Shown piece after piece: positions 33,991 through 44,952 of a stretch of DNA of 64,000 nucleotides. Source of the stretch: an uncultured Actinomycetota bacterium (GTDB taxonomy: Bacteria; Actinomycetota; Actinomycetes; JAHEKZ01); the NCBI GenBank assembly GCA_963829525.1, contig CAWHIJ010000003.1, positions 448,001-512,000 of the forward strand, read 5' to 3'. The notes under the pieces were generated by a model. That model made no database searches and was not told the DNA's origin. It saw only the letters and a program-made list of their open reading frames with translations. A program made the position numbers and the translations under genes. Positions within the stretch are counted from its first letter, which is position 1. Every line of letters starts with the position of its first letter.

Positions 33991-34542
33991 GTGGTGACAG
34001 CAGCGTCAGGAAAGCACCTTTCGGACGAGGTTGATGAGTTCACTGTCGACGTCGCCGATCAGATCGAGAGCTTCCTGATCGCCCTCGGCGCGGTGGCCCG
34101 TGGCGACTTCCCCGGCGGCACCCTGTCGATTCTTCTGTTGGAGGTCTCACAGCTCCTCCTGGCGGGTGGACGGCTGGGAGCGGTCGTCGATGTCGTCCCG
34201 ACTGAGCGATACGAACCCGACGCCGGTGTCGACCCCGACGCCGATGGTCTTCGCGAGCGGCTCGCAGAGTTACTCGGACCTGCCGACGAGTACGTCGAGG
34301 TGTTCGACCCTTACATCCGTGACGGCGAGATCGTGCACTCACGACTTTCCGATGATATCTCCGATGTGGCTGCCGATCTGTACCACGGATTGGCGCACTT
34401 CAAGGCGGGCCGTGCAGACGAAGCCCTGTGGTGGTGGCAGTACTCCTACCTGGCGAACTGGGGATCGACCGCCAGCTCTGCGCTCCGCGCCTTGCATTCG
34501 GCGGTTGCGCACACCCGCCTCGCACCTTCCGCGGAAGCCTAG
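33991..34542 (+). CDS. DUF5063-like protein
   Basis: YVEVFDPY, LSDD, ALWWWQYSY...WG motifs; usual position after recR. Confidence 0.8.
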   Translation: MVTAASGKHLSDEVDEFTVDVADQIESFLIALGAVARGDFPGGTLSILLLEVSQLLLAGGRLGAVVDVVPTERYEPDAGVDPDADGLRERLAELLGPADEYVEVFDPYIRDGEIVHSRLSDDISDVAADLYHGLAHFKAGRADEALWWWQYSYLANWGSTASSALRALHSAVAHTRLAPSAEA

Positions 34543-35280
34543 CCTCCGGCAGGCAATGGGGTCGGTCGCACCGGTGGGCGGAACAGCGCCTTCCCGCGGA
34601 GATTCTTGACCTCACGCAGTTCGAGGTTCCCGCTGGGGAAAACCGCGCGTGCCAGTAGACCGATCGTCGGAGCCGGTCTCGAGAGGTAGCAGTACGTTCC
34701 GCTGTCGACGTCCTTGCCCTTGACGACGAAACACTCCGACGGGCCGAGACCATGGGGCGCTCGCCAGGTGCCGGCGCGTTTGACCGTCAGTTGCCGGCCC
34801 CCGGCCGAGATCGTCCGGGTGGCGCCGAAAAAGAGACGCTGTACCTCGGGGTCGAACAGGTCAGGCAACCCCTTCGGAGACCTCGCCACGAGGAAGCACG
34901 ACTTGTCGGCGCGCCCCGTCTTTGGCCGAACAATCTGGCAAGAGACGACGCCGCGACTTCCGTAGACCAGAGTTGCGGTGCTGCGTCCCTGCGTCACGTC
35001 TAGACGGAAACGGTCGCCTTTGACCCGCATGCGGATACGCGCGTCTGGACGTGGGCCCTTGCTGACGAGGCGATACAGTGGCGTCAAACTGTTCGGGTCG
35101 AAGCGCAGTGAGCTGCTGTGCCCGCTCGCCCGCTGTCAGCGGCTCGGGGGAGGGGATCGGCTCTGTCGTGCGGCTCGGTGAGGTGGTGGGAGCAGCCTGC
35201 TCCGGCTCGGATCCGGTGCATCCGGTCAACCCGAGCGCGCTGACCAGCACGAATGCGGTCATCGCTCGGATCAGCATCAC
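34539..35280 (-). CDS. Hypothetical lipoprotein, frameshift near 35078
   Basis: Lipobox LTGC in ORF 34861..35280; continuation YRLVSKG...CYL in ORF 34539..35087. Confidence 0.65.
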
Positions 35281-35399
35281 CCCACTGTACGAGGATGCGT
35301 GGCCGGGCTGGGCCGTGCCGTCCGAGGGCTCGGCCCAGGGCCCTCGGTAGACTTTCCGGGCCGGTGCCTCGAGTGTCGGGAACGGGAAAGGATCGTGTC

Positions 35400-36682
<1,283 letters not shown>

Positions 36683-36686
<4 letters not shown>

Positions 36687-37738
36687 GCAAGCCAACTCTT
36701 GCTGTTGTCGGTGCGACCGGCGCCGTCGGGACGGTCATGCTCGACATCCTCAGTTCCCGCGAGGACGTCTGGGGCGAGATTCGGTTGGTTGCCTCGGCGC
36801 GCTCCGCGGGCAGGGTGTTGCAGGTGCGTGGCGAGGACGTTGTCGTCCGGGCACTCTCAGCCGAGGTCTTCGACGGCGTGGACGTGGCCATGTTCGACGT
36901 CCCCGACGAGGTGTCAGGGGAGTGGGCGCCCATCGCAGCAGCTCGCGGAGCAGTGGCCGTCGACAACTCCGGTGCCTTCCGGATGGACCCAGATGTTCCG
37001 CTAGTGGTACCTGAGGTGAACGCGGCTGCGGCGCTGGTGCGTCCGAAGGGAATCATCAGCAACCCGAACTGCACCACGTTGTCGATGATCGTGGCGATGG
37101 GAGCGCTACACCGCGAGTACGGCCTTGTTGAACTGGTCGTCGCGTCCTACCAGGCGGCGTCCGGCGCTGGTCAGGAAGGTATCGACACCCTTCGTGAGCA
37201 GTACGCCAAGGTTGCTGCCTCACCAGATGCTGGAAATCGGGCAGGCGACCTGCGGGGAATCGTCGGTGGCACCGGACCGTTCCCGGCACCGCTTGCCATG
37301 AACGTCGTCCCGTGGGCCGGCTCGTTGAAGGACGACGGCTGGAGCAGCGAAGAGCTCAAGGTGCGGAACGAGTCGCGCAAGATCCTCGGGATCAAAGACC
37401 TCCGGGTCTCGGCCACCTGCGTGCGTGTGCCGGTCATCACCACGCACTCACTCGCGGTGCATGCGCGCTTTGACCGAGAGGTCGACCAGGTACGGGCGCA
37501 GGACATCTTGCGAGAGGCTGAAGGCGTCGTGCTGCTCGACGACCCGGCAGCCGGCGAGTTTCCGACACCGAATGACGTGGTCGGCACTGACCCGACCTGG
37601 GTCGGGCGTGTCCGGCGATCGATCGACGATCCGCATGCGCTCGATCTCTTCGTCTGCGGCGACAACTTGCGTAAAGGAGCAGCCCTCAACACGGCGCAGA
37701 TCGCCGAGGTCGTGGCGCGCGAGCTCAGCACCCCCTAG
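36683..37738 (+). CDS. asd: Aspartate-semialdehyde dehydrogenase
   Basis: [39 protein letters not shown]. Confidence 0.97.
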
Positions 37739-37786
37739 AGCTAATCTCGGTCGCGCTCGGCGAGGGACTGCGTCTACGGTGACGCG

Positions 37787-38461
37787 GTGATCGCTGCTCC
37801 CCGCTTGCTCAGCGTGAATCTCGCCGTGGTTCGCGACAACCCTTTCAAAGAGGCGGCCCGAACCGGCATCGACAAGCAGGCGACGGACGGGCCCGTGACA
37901 GTCAGGGCGCCAGGGAGCAAGGCTCATGGCCTTGGCAGTGGGCTCGTCGGTGACTTCATTGGCGACCGTCGTAACCATGGTGGCGACGACCAGGCGGTTT
38001 ACGCATACGCGGTGGAGGATCTGCGGTGGTGGACTGACCAGCTAGGTACGACGCTCGGGGCTGGACAGTTCGGTGAGAACCTCACGACGGAAGCTCTTGC
38101 TGTCAATGACGCTCGCATCGGAGAACGCTGGAGACTGGGCGAGAACGTCGAGCTGCAGGTCTCGGAGCCGCGTATCCCGTGTGGCACGTTTCGCGGATGG
38201 ATGAATCGGCCGGGCTGGCTCAAGACCTTCACCGCCGCCGCTCGGCCCGGTGCCTATCTTCGGGTGTTGACTCCCGGGGTGGTGCAAAGCGGTGACCTGG
38301 TTGAGATCACGCACGTCCCCGCACACGACGTCACGGTGGCTATGGTCTTTCGAGCTCTGACGACTGAGCCGTCCTTGTTGCCAAGAATTCTAGAGTCGCC
38401 GGACCTAGCAGACGAGACGCGTGAGATGGCCGAATCGGGCCGAACCTTCCACCTTGGATGA
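37787..38461 (+). CDS. MOSC-domain protein
   Basis: TGIDK, HGG.DQAVYAY, FGENLT, PRIPC and G.YLRVL..G motifs. Confidence 0.88.
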   Translation: MIAAPRLLSVNLAVVRDNPFKEAARTGIDKQATDGPVTVRAPGSKAHGLGSGLVGDFIGDRRNHGGDDQAVYAYAVEDLRWWTDQLGTTLGAGQFGENLTTEALAVNDARIGERWRLGENVELQVSEPRIPCGTFRGWMNRPGWLKTFTAAARPGAYLRVLTPGVVQSGDLVEITHVPAHDVTVAMVFRALTTEPSLLPRILESPDLADETREMAESGRTFHLG

Positions 38462-38484
38462 GCTCTGGGTGCACTCGGCCGGAT

Positions 38485-38516
38485 TGAGGGTGGAGCCAGA
38501 TCCGGCCCCACCCTCA
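38485..38516. terminator. Hairpin just outside the left att; likely the original tRNA-Pro terminator
   Basis: TGAGGGTGG...CCACCCTCA stem, 6 bp from the duplicated tRNA 3' end. Confidence 0.65.
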
Positions 38517-38522
38517 TCACAC

Positions 38523-38547
38523 GGCGTCGGGGTGGCGGGATTCGAAC
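38523..38547. repeat. att site (distal), copy of the tRNA-Pro 3' end
   Basis: GGCGTCGGGGTGGCGGGATTCGAAC is identical to 50130-50154. Confidence 0.93.
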
Positions 38548-38791
38548 TCCGAAAAGCGTGTTCGGCGGGGGTCGCCAGCGTTCTGGGATATTGCATCGTC
38601 GCAGGTGAGCGACGTGTGGAGTTCGCGCGGCCTCGGAGCGGTTCACCGAAATCCGATGCTCCCGTGACCACTTCTGTGACCACTCGAGGCCGCGAATCTG
38701 CTGGTTGACGTCGGCTGTGAGGCGCCGCCCTGGCTGCCCTGTGGGTCCGGGATTGAGCAAGTCTCAGATCGAAGGCGAGACGCATTACGAG

Positions 38792-39102
38792 GCCGCTGCG
38801 GAGGTTCCACCGAGGTTCATGCTCGGCCGTCGCCGACAGAGGTCAGTGGCATACGGAACAGTCGCGGATTTGCCCGACACGACATCAACTGAGACCACAA
38901 CTGAGACCACGATTTCAAGCGTGGAACTCCATTAGATCTCCAAGCTAACCCACTCGCTTACCTCGCCATACCACCGAGACGTGATGCACCTGATGAACCT
39001 GCTTTCCGACTGCCAACCCGTCGCAGCACAGCTCCTCATGACGCATCTCACGCACGACAATGCGCCTCGGGGGTTGATTGATAAGGCTGTGAAACGTCCG
39101 CG
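38792..39102 (+). repeat. ~310-bp internal direct repeat, copy 1 (att-like module)
   Basis: Colinear with 42911-43219; identical blocks GCCGCTGCGGAGGTTCCACCGAGGTTC, (AACTGAGACCAC)x2 and CTCCAAGCTAACCCACTCGCTTACCTCGCCA. Confidence 0.9.
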
Positions 39103-39465
39103 GTCCTGACGTTCCGTCCGATGTTCGTGGGCGCAAGTCGCCGGGCGCTGAAGGTGACGCGTCCAGATCCCCCATACCGAGACTCGGGATATGGGAGTGT
39201 CCCCGAACCCGGACAGATCTGGGGGGGGAGTATCGACCGAGGGGGGCAGCGCTTGCTACATCTTCGCCGACTGCCTCGCTGCTGCGAATGAGCCGGAGGG
39301 GAGCACGAACCAGCGTTGAGGCTGCCGATTGAAGCGCGGCCCCCCGGGGGGTAATGCGCCGTCCGTCTAAGAGCCCGGCAGTGCAACCGCGGGGCGCCCC
39401 GGCGGCGGTCGGCGCGTGCGTGAGGAGTCGGTTGCCACGCGATATTTCGAGTGGTTCAACGCGGT

Positions 39466-39732
39466 CTACGACTGGGAGAGCGCGGGCCCGATGACGGTCA
39501 TGATCTCGCGATCGTATGTAGTGCTGAGGGCTACGTAACCTACACCCTCTACGGAGACGGTCATCCCCTTGTGCGCGGAGGTCACGCCGTCCACCCACGC
39601 GCGTTGTGCCTCGGGCGAGGAAAAGGTCCGCAGCATGACTGGCGCGCTGTGTTCCGGGGTGCCAAAGTCGGTGACGTTGTCTACAAACCAGACCGAAGCC
39701 CAGTGTTCGGAGTACGCGTCAAGCACTGCCAT
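39466..39732 (-). CDS. Small hypothetical protein (element cargo)
   Basis: 88-aa ORF with protein-like composition and GAGG upstream; no recognised motif. Confidence 0.4.
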   Translation of the reverse strand: MAVLDAYSEHWASVWFVDNVTDFGTPEHSAPVMLRTFSSPEAQRAWVDGVTSAHKGMTVSVEGVGYVALSTTYDREIMTVIGPALSQS

Positions 39733-40019
39733 TAGGCCTCGACCTGCGGGCCCTGCCAGAGAGCAGGGAGTCTTTCATGGCTCTGCGAGGCGATCCACCA
39801 GGACGGACCGATGGCCCACTGCGACCACGATCTACCGCTGTCCGAAGGCTGCATCTCCTGCCAGATAGCGGGGGAACCGGTCATTGACGACAACTAGCCA
39901 TCGAGAACAGCCTTGTGCACTGTCTGAGTACGGCTCTTGTCGACACCACCCATATCCTTGACAGCGGCTTCACCCACTGATTTAGTGGCCTGCCCGTTTT
40001 GATCCGAGACTGGGGTTCC

Positions 40020-41324
40020 GTGAAACTGAGCCAAAAACTGGCGATGCCATGCCTGGCGGTGGGAGCAGTCGCCGCAGTTGCCGTATTCGGAACGACCGCA
40101 CCCGCGGCGGTGGCCGATGATTCCTCCACGCAAGCGGTCGACGCCGGTTCCGTCGAGGTCATCGAACCTGACCCAGTTGACCTTGTTCCTGAGGACCTGG
40201 CGGGGACCGCCGGGCACGCGGCCTGGCTTGTTGAGACGTACCCGCAAGACTTCGGTGGCAGTTGGTATGACGAGGCAAGGGGTTTGGTGGTCGTTCAGGT
40301 GGTTTCGTCCCAGGGACGTGAAATAGCCACGGAAATGCTTCCCATGGGTTCGATTGATATTACGGAAGTGCAGTTCTCGGCGAAGGACCTTGAAGACCAG
40401 ATCCAAGCGATTGCGACAGACCCAAACCTTGCGCCGATCGTCAACGTCGCGAGTGCCGACTACGAAAACAACAGCGTCCGCGTGGACATGGAATCTATGT
40501 CTGCGTCAAGCGCAGAAGACCTTGATGCAAGCGGGGACATCGACATCGAAGTCGACATCACTGATGCACTGAACGTTGTTAAGACCGACACTCGCGATGA
40601 CGATTCCGGCCCCGGCCATGCTGGTGGCATGCGCTATTACGCGCGAAAGCCCGACACGCAGGATTGGGGAAGCTGCACCGCGGGCTGGAGCTGGCAATGG
40701 GCGGGCGGCGATTACATGTTGACCGCTGGACACTGCTTTCCGCAGCACACTGATCGGACCCAGGCATGGACGAAACTGGGAGGCGATTGGGACGAGCGTT
40801 TTGGCGGCTGGCCCGGATACACGTCGGTCAATGACAGTGGGTATGACTCGATCAAGTTCTCAGACGACGAGTACCACGGTGACGTGAGCCTCATCAGTAT
40901 GACGGGCAGCAACAACGCCAACGCCAATATGTGGACCGGAGGTGTGGCCTCATCGGACAAACTTGACGTTACCCAATGGAGTGCGCCATTCGTGGGGCAG
41001 GGCCTGTGCGTATCTGGCGCGTATACGGGCAAGACATGTGGTTTTGTGGTGTCGCGGACCAACACACACATTCACCTCGACGCGGCGCCGTCAAGATGGG
41101 ATTCGTGGGAGTCGGTTGACGTCGCACTTCACGGCAACGATTGCCTCGCGCATGGTGACTCGGGTGGATCGGTCTATGACCCGATCGCTGGGACCAACAA
41201 TGTTCGTGCCGTGGGAGTGGTTAACTCGGCGACGACTAGTGGCTCCTGCGGCGATGCCGCCCTAGTCTTCACAGGTACAGAGGAGGCCGGACAGGCCTTT
41301 GGGGGTGCGGTGAAAACCCAATGA
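40020..41324 (+). CDS. Secreted S1 (alpha-lytic/streptogrisin-like) serine protease with acidic pro-region
   Basis: Signal peptide; CTAGW...LTAGHC, GDVSLI, CVSGAYTG and GDSGGSV motifs. Confidence 0.85.
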   Translation: MKLSQKLAMPCLAVGAVAAVAVFGTTAPAAVADDSSTQAVDAGSVEVIEPDPVDLVPEDLAGTAGHAAWLVETYPQDFGGSWYDEARGLVVVQVVSSQGREIATEMLPMGSIDITEVQFSAKDLEDQIQAIATDPNLAPIVNVASADYENNSVRVDMESMSASSAEDLDASGDIDIEVDITDALNVVKTDTRDDDSGPGHAGGMRYYARKPDTQDWGSCTAGWSWQWAGGDYMLTAGHCFPQHTDRTQAWTKLGGDWDERFGGWPGYTSVNDSGYDSIKFSDDEYHGDVSLISMTGSNNANANMWTGGVASSDKLDVTQWSAPFVGQGLCVSGAYTGKTCGFVVSRTNTHIHLDAAPSRWDSWESVDVALHGNDCLAHGDSGGSVYDPIAGTNNVRAVGVVNSATTSGSCGDAALVFTGTEEAGQAFGGAVKTQ

Positions 41325-41677
41325 CGCCGACGGAGTGGCAGACCAGCGAGGCACGTCGATCCGAAGGGGATCGGGTTACACGCCTTCATCTCGTTGGCCT
41401 GCTCATCCTTGTCGTCGGGTTAGGTCTGGCATGGTGGAAGTTCGATTCGCCGTCGTGCACTCACGGGGTCACCCTTGCGCGACTGGCCGCGGGAGCGCTC
41501 ATAGTGGTCGCCATCGCGGGACTCGGTTTCGTCTTGGCGGGAGCGCGAAGGCTTGAGTCGGGCAGAGTATGGATCGTGCTTGCAGGCGTGCTGCTAGCGG
41601 CACCGACGTTGTTTGTCGGCTTGTATGACCTACGGGAAGCATTCCGGTTGGCCGCGTGTATGACCCAACTTCTGTGA
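41321..41677 (+). CDS. Small three-TM membrane protein
   Basis: ATGA overlap with the protease stop; three hydrophobic segments. Confidence 0.6.
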   Translation: MTPTEWQTSEARRSEGDRVTRLHLVGLLILVVGLGLAWWKFDSPSCTHGVTLARLAAGALIVVAIAGLGFVLAGARRLESGRVWIVLAGVLLAAPTLFVGLYDLREAFRLAACMTQLL

Positions 41678-41841
41678 ACGTGCTCGGCGCTTCGCGTCCG
41701 AGCGGCCGCTTTGGCCAAGTATGTGCTTCAGAGGAGTCGGCTGGCGCGCTGTCGTCCGATCGCCGTGCGGTTTCATGCGGCGAGCCGTGAGGTCGGCTAG
41801 TCCGCGCACGTGACGCGCGCGTTGGTTGGCGCATCGTTCCG

Positions 41842-43008
41842 GCACGCGGCTATTGCGCTATGCACTACACACGATGGCGTCTTCACGGTGATCCCCTAGT
41901 CGTACTTAGGGCCAACAAGCAACCGGACGGTGCGGTGTGCCAAGTCGATAGTTGCGACCGGCCTGCGCAATCGCGCGGTTACTGCGGCATGCACTACGCA
42001 AGATGGCGCAAACATGGCGACCCCCTGCTCGGTGGAAGAGCTAGGCGATCAGATGCCACGGCTTGTTACGTAGAGGGCTGCAACCGGCCACAGAAGAGCC
42101 AGGGCTACTCCGGCATGCACTACAAGCGATGGCTAAAGCACGGCGACCCGCTCGTGGAGAGGACTCGCTACATCGCAGCCTCCGTGTGCAGTGTCAATGG
42201 CTGCGACAGACTCCCAAAGTCGCGCGGCTACTGCGACAAGCACTATCGGCGGTGGCTTAAGTATGGAGATCCGCTGGACGGCAAGTCTTCGCATCGCACC
42301 TACACCAAGGATGCGGTATGCAGCGTCGATGGTTGCGACGCGTCCCCGAGCTCACTGGGCTTCTGCCGTCTGCACTACGAACGGTTCCGCAAGCACGGCG
42401 ATCCACTGGTCGTACTTAGCGGCGGACGGCGCCACAAACCTGGCGAAACTTGTGAAATCGAGGACTGCGACAAGCCCATCAGAAGTCGGGGCTACTGCCT
42501 CATGCACTACACCCGGTGGCGCCAACATGGTGACCCACTGGTGGTTCTCAAGGTGGCGAAGCGACCTGAAGGGTCCGTGTGTGCCGTCGAAGGATGTGCT
42601 GACGCTGTGGCCGCCGGAGACTTCTGCAATCGGCACTACTTGCGTTGGAGGAAGCACGGTGACCCTTTGGGCGGCAAACCTGGTCCGAGCGTTCTAAGGG
42701 CCTTGGATCACGAGGACGGGACCCGAACGTGCAGCGTCTGCGAGGAACGGAAGCCCCTGGATGCGTTCCCGAAGGACAGGGCCGGCTCGCGGAGTCGAAG
42801 GGCGTACTGCAAGGCTTGTCACGTCAAGAAGATGACGGTTCGGTACAACGAAGATCCCGAACGGTTTCGCGCCGCCGCGCAGAAGCGGCTAGAAGTCAAT
42901 GGCGAGGAACGCCGCTGCGGAGGTTCCACCGAGGTTCGTGCTCGACGGTTTGCGCAGGTCAATCGCATACGGGACAGTCGCGGAACTGCCCGACACGACA
43001 TGAACTGA
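41842..43008 (+). pseudogene. Tandem zinc-finger-repeat protein (phage HNH/EndoVII-associated type), truncated at both ends
   Basis: One partial and six full C-x4-C-x9-C-x2-HY-x-R[WF]-x2-[HY]GDPL repeats (one has C to S), then CSVC...YCKAC. The frame runs into repeat copy 2 at 42911 with no nuclease domain. Confidence 0.75.
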
Positions 43009-43219
43009 GACCACAACTGAGACCACGATCTGATCCGTCGAACTCGATTGGACCCTCCAAGCTAACCCACTCGCTTACCTCGCCACACCAGCGAGACGTG
43101 ATGCACCTGATGAACCCGCTTTCCGACTGCCAATCCGTCGCTGCACAGCTCCTCTTGACGCATCTCACGTGCAACGATGCGCGCCAGGGGTTAGTTGATA
43201 GTGCGAAGAAACGTCCGCG
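42911..43219 (+). repeat. ~310-bp internal direct repeat, copy 2 (att-like module)
   Basis: Colinear with 38792-39102, with sharp boundaries at GCCGCTGCGG and GAAACGTCCGCG. Confidence 0.9.
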
Positions 43220-43254
43220 ATGCCCGAGTGGCCGTCAGGCACAGCAGGGGGCGT

Positions 43255-43770
43255 TCAGCCCCCATCGTCAGTCCACAATGTCGCCTGGTTGGCGGCAGCG
43301 ATGGCCTCGGTCAGATCCAAGGCGCAACTGTAGACGTGGTCCAAGTCTTCTCCTTCAACCGTAGCGAGGGCTGTGCCCGCTGGTGGAAGCGGCTGAAGCC
43401 ACAACTGCCACCGGATTCCGTCGGGACCTCCGTCCGATGCGAAGCAGCCCAGTGTGTAGTCGCTACTGCCGTCACGGATGGGTGAACCGTGGCTTGTACC
43501 CCACTTCGCGCTGGATCCGTCCGGCCAACTGAGCGATAGAGACAACCAATCAGGGTGGCTTGGTTCGAACCGAAGGTCCCATTCATGGCTGGGCGACCGC
43601 GCGGCCACAAGCAGGGTGAGATCCAGACGTAATCCGTCCGGGTATGCCGCTGGGCACGTGAGGGTCACAACAGCATTGTTGGCATGGGCAATTACTGCGC
43701 CGAATCCGGGGAAGCCGGGAATCCAGCCTCGGAAATCCGGCGGCCAGCCTTGCTGTTGCCCCTCGGCCAA
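43255..43770 (-). CDS. Hypothetical protein of an actinobacterial-looking family
   Basis: GGAGG RBS before TTG; WPP...W.PG, YPDG, W.DG, LWLQPLPPAG and AA..A.LW pattern. Confidence 0.65.
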   Translation of the reverse strand: MAEGQQQGWPPDFRGWIPGFPGFGAVIAHANNAVVTLTCPAAYPDGLRLDLTLLVAARSPSHEWDLRFEPSHPDWLSLSLSWPDGSSAKWGTSHGSPIRDGSSDYTLGCFASDGGPDGIRWQLWLQPLPPAGTALATVEGEDLDHVYSCALDLTEAIAAANQATLWTDDGG

Positions 43771-43813
43771 TTTTGACCTCCGTGACCCATTCCAATGAAC
43801 CGGGACAAGCAAC

Positions 43814-43993
43814 CTATGGTTGCGTATTGGGGCAAGCCCAGCCACCGTTGCGCTCACTCGGCGGCAGCTGGCACTGGTTGCTAGGCATAGCGGGTTCGTG
43901 CGCCGTGGCGGCGCGACTAGAGGCAAGACCAACGGTCAGAACTACGAAGGTCATGGCGATGAGCGCCTGGCTACGCCGGGATCTCAGGGTCAT
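43814..43993 (-). CDS. 59-aa secreted peptide or truncated paralog of the upstream secreted protein
   Basis: GGGAG RBS, signal peptide, QCQLPPSERNGGWACP matching QCSVPVDSRTGAWTCP in 44059..44871. Confidence 0.55.
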   Translation of the reverse strand: MTLRSRRSQALIAMTFVVLTVGLASSRAATAHEPAMPSNQCQLPPSERNGGWACPNTQP

Positions 43994-44058
43994 CTTCACA
44001 TACTCCCGACTCGTCACTAGCGCGACTCCCTTGGTCCCAGGCGCTTCCGTGCACTGCG

Positions 44059-44871
44059 TCACTTCCAACCGCTCCCCGCGGGGTCTTGCGGCACGCATGA
44101 ATCGCACTGCGAGTTGTACGCCCCACTCGACTGCCTTGCCAGTTTGATCGACTTCGCCCACATGTACCAAGTTCCAGGGTACTGGGATGAGTAGTCTTGC
44201 CACTGCGCCTCGTTAGCCACTGTGACGTAGGCAACCCCGTTGGTCCATGACTTACCGGGCGATGGCCATTGAGTCGACACTCCGCCTGCTGCTGATCCCC
44301 AGGACTTCTGGGCATACAAGATCGGGTCTTGGTGATTCCCTTCGGGACGAGCGGAAGACACATAGAGGTCTTCGGTGCTAATGATGATGTTGGTCGTTCC
44401 TCTGCTTGCCGAGAACCACAGCGGATAGGCCTTGATGTTGCTCCCCTTTGCCACGATCTTGAAGTGAAGCCGTCCAGTTCCAAGCATTGTGCCGCCGTAC
44501 CCGTACGTCACACTGCCGTCAAAGGTGTTGGTGGCGCTGTCAATCTTGGTCCAGCAACCATCGATCGTGCACCACCCGGTGCCAGCCGCAGCCACGTCAG
44601 CTGCCGATACCAGCTTCTTGCCGAGCGCTGCCCGCGCTGCCCGCGCAGCCCGCGCAGCCGACGTCGGTGTTGTATCTGGACACGTCCACGCCCCTGTGCG
44701 GGAATCGACCGGGACGGAACACTGGTCCGTCGAGGGATCGCTCGTTGTTGTGGCTGTGTACCCGACGGCGATCGTGGTCCGTGAGCTTGAGACTGCGCCG
44801 GACGCGGCCTGAGGCGCTATCGCCAGCATCAGGAGCACTGCACCGAGGAACGACCAGACTCTGATTGTCAT
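44059..44871 (-). CDS. Secreted Cys/Trp-containing hypothetical protein
   Basis: Signal peptide MTIRVWSFLGAVLLMLAIAPQAASG; three Cys pairs; AARAARAARAA linker. Confidence 0.7.
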   Translation of the reverse strand: MTIRVWSFLGAVLLMLAIAPQAASGAVSSSRTTIAVGYTATTTSDPSTDQCSVPVDSRTGAWTCPDTTPTSAARAARAARAALGKKLVSAADVAAAGTGWCTIDGCWTKIDSATNTFDGSVTYGYGGTMLGTGRLHFKIVAKGSNIKAYPLWFSASRGTTNIIISTEDLYVSSARPEGNHQDPILYAQKSWGSAAGGVSTQWPSPGKSWTNGVAYVTVANEAQWQDYSSQYPGTWYMWAKSIKLARQSSGAYNSQCDSCVPQDPAGSGWK

Positions 44872-44952
44872 GAGCAACGCCCCGATCGTCTCTGCAACTG
44901 CACGCCCTGTATACAGGTCTCGTATCCCGCGCACAAGAGGTCACGTTGACTC

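Noticed and set aside
38792-38826. Repeat start as a tRNA gene (the minus strand resembles a T arm plus acceptor strand TGGAACC-T-CC)
   Set aside because: The loop is CATGAAC/CACGAAC rather than TTCRAAY, and there is no D or anticodon arm. At most it is a tRNA-derived att core.
41860-42670. Periodic GGCGACCC/GGTGATCC-like DNA repeats as a CRISPR array
   Set aside because: They are the in-frame HGDPL codons of a protein repeat, vary at third positions, and no cas genes are present.
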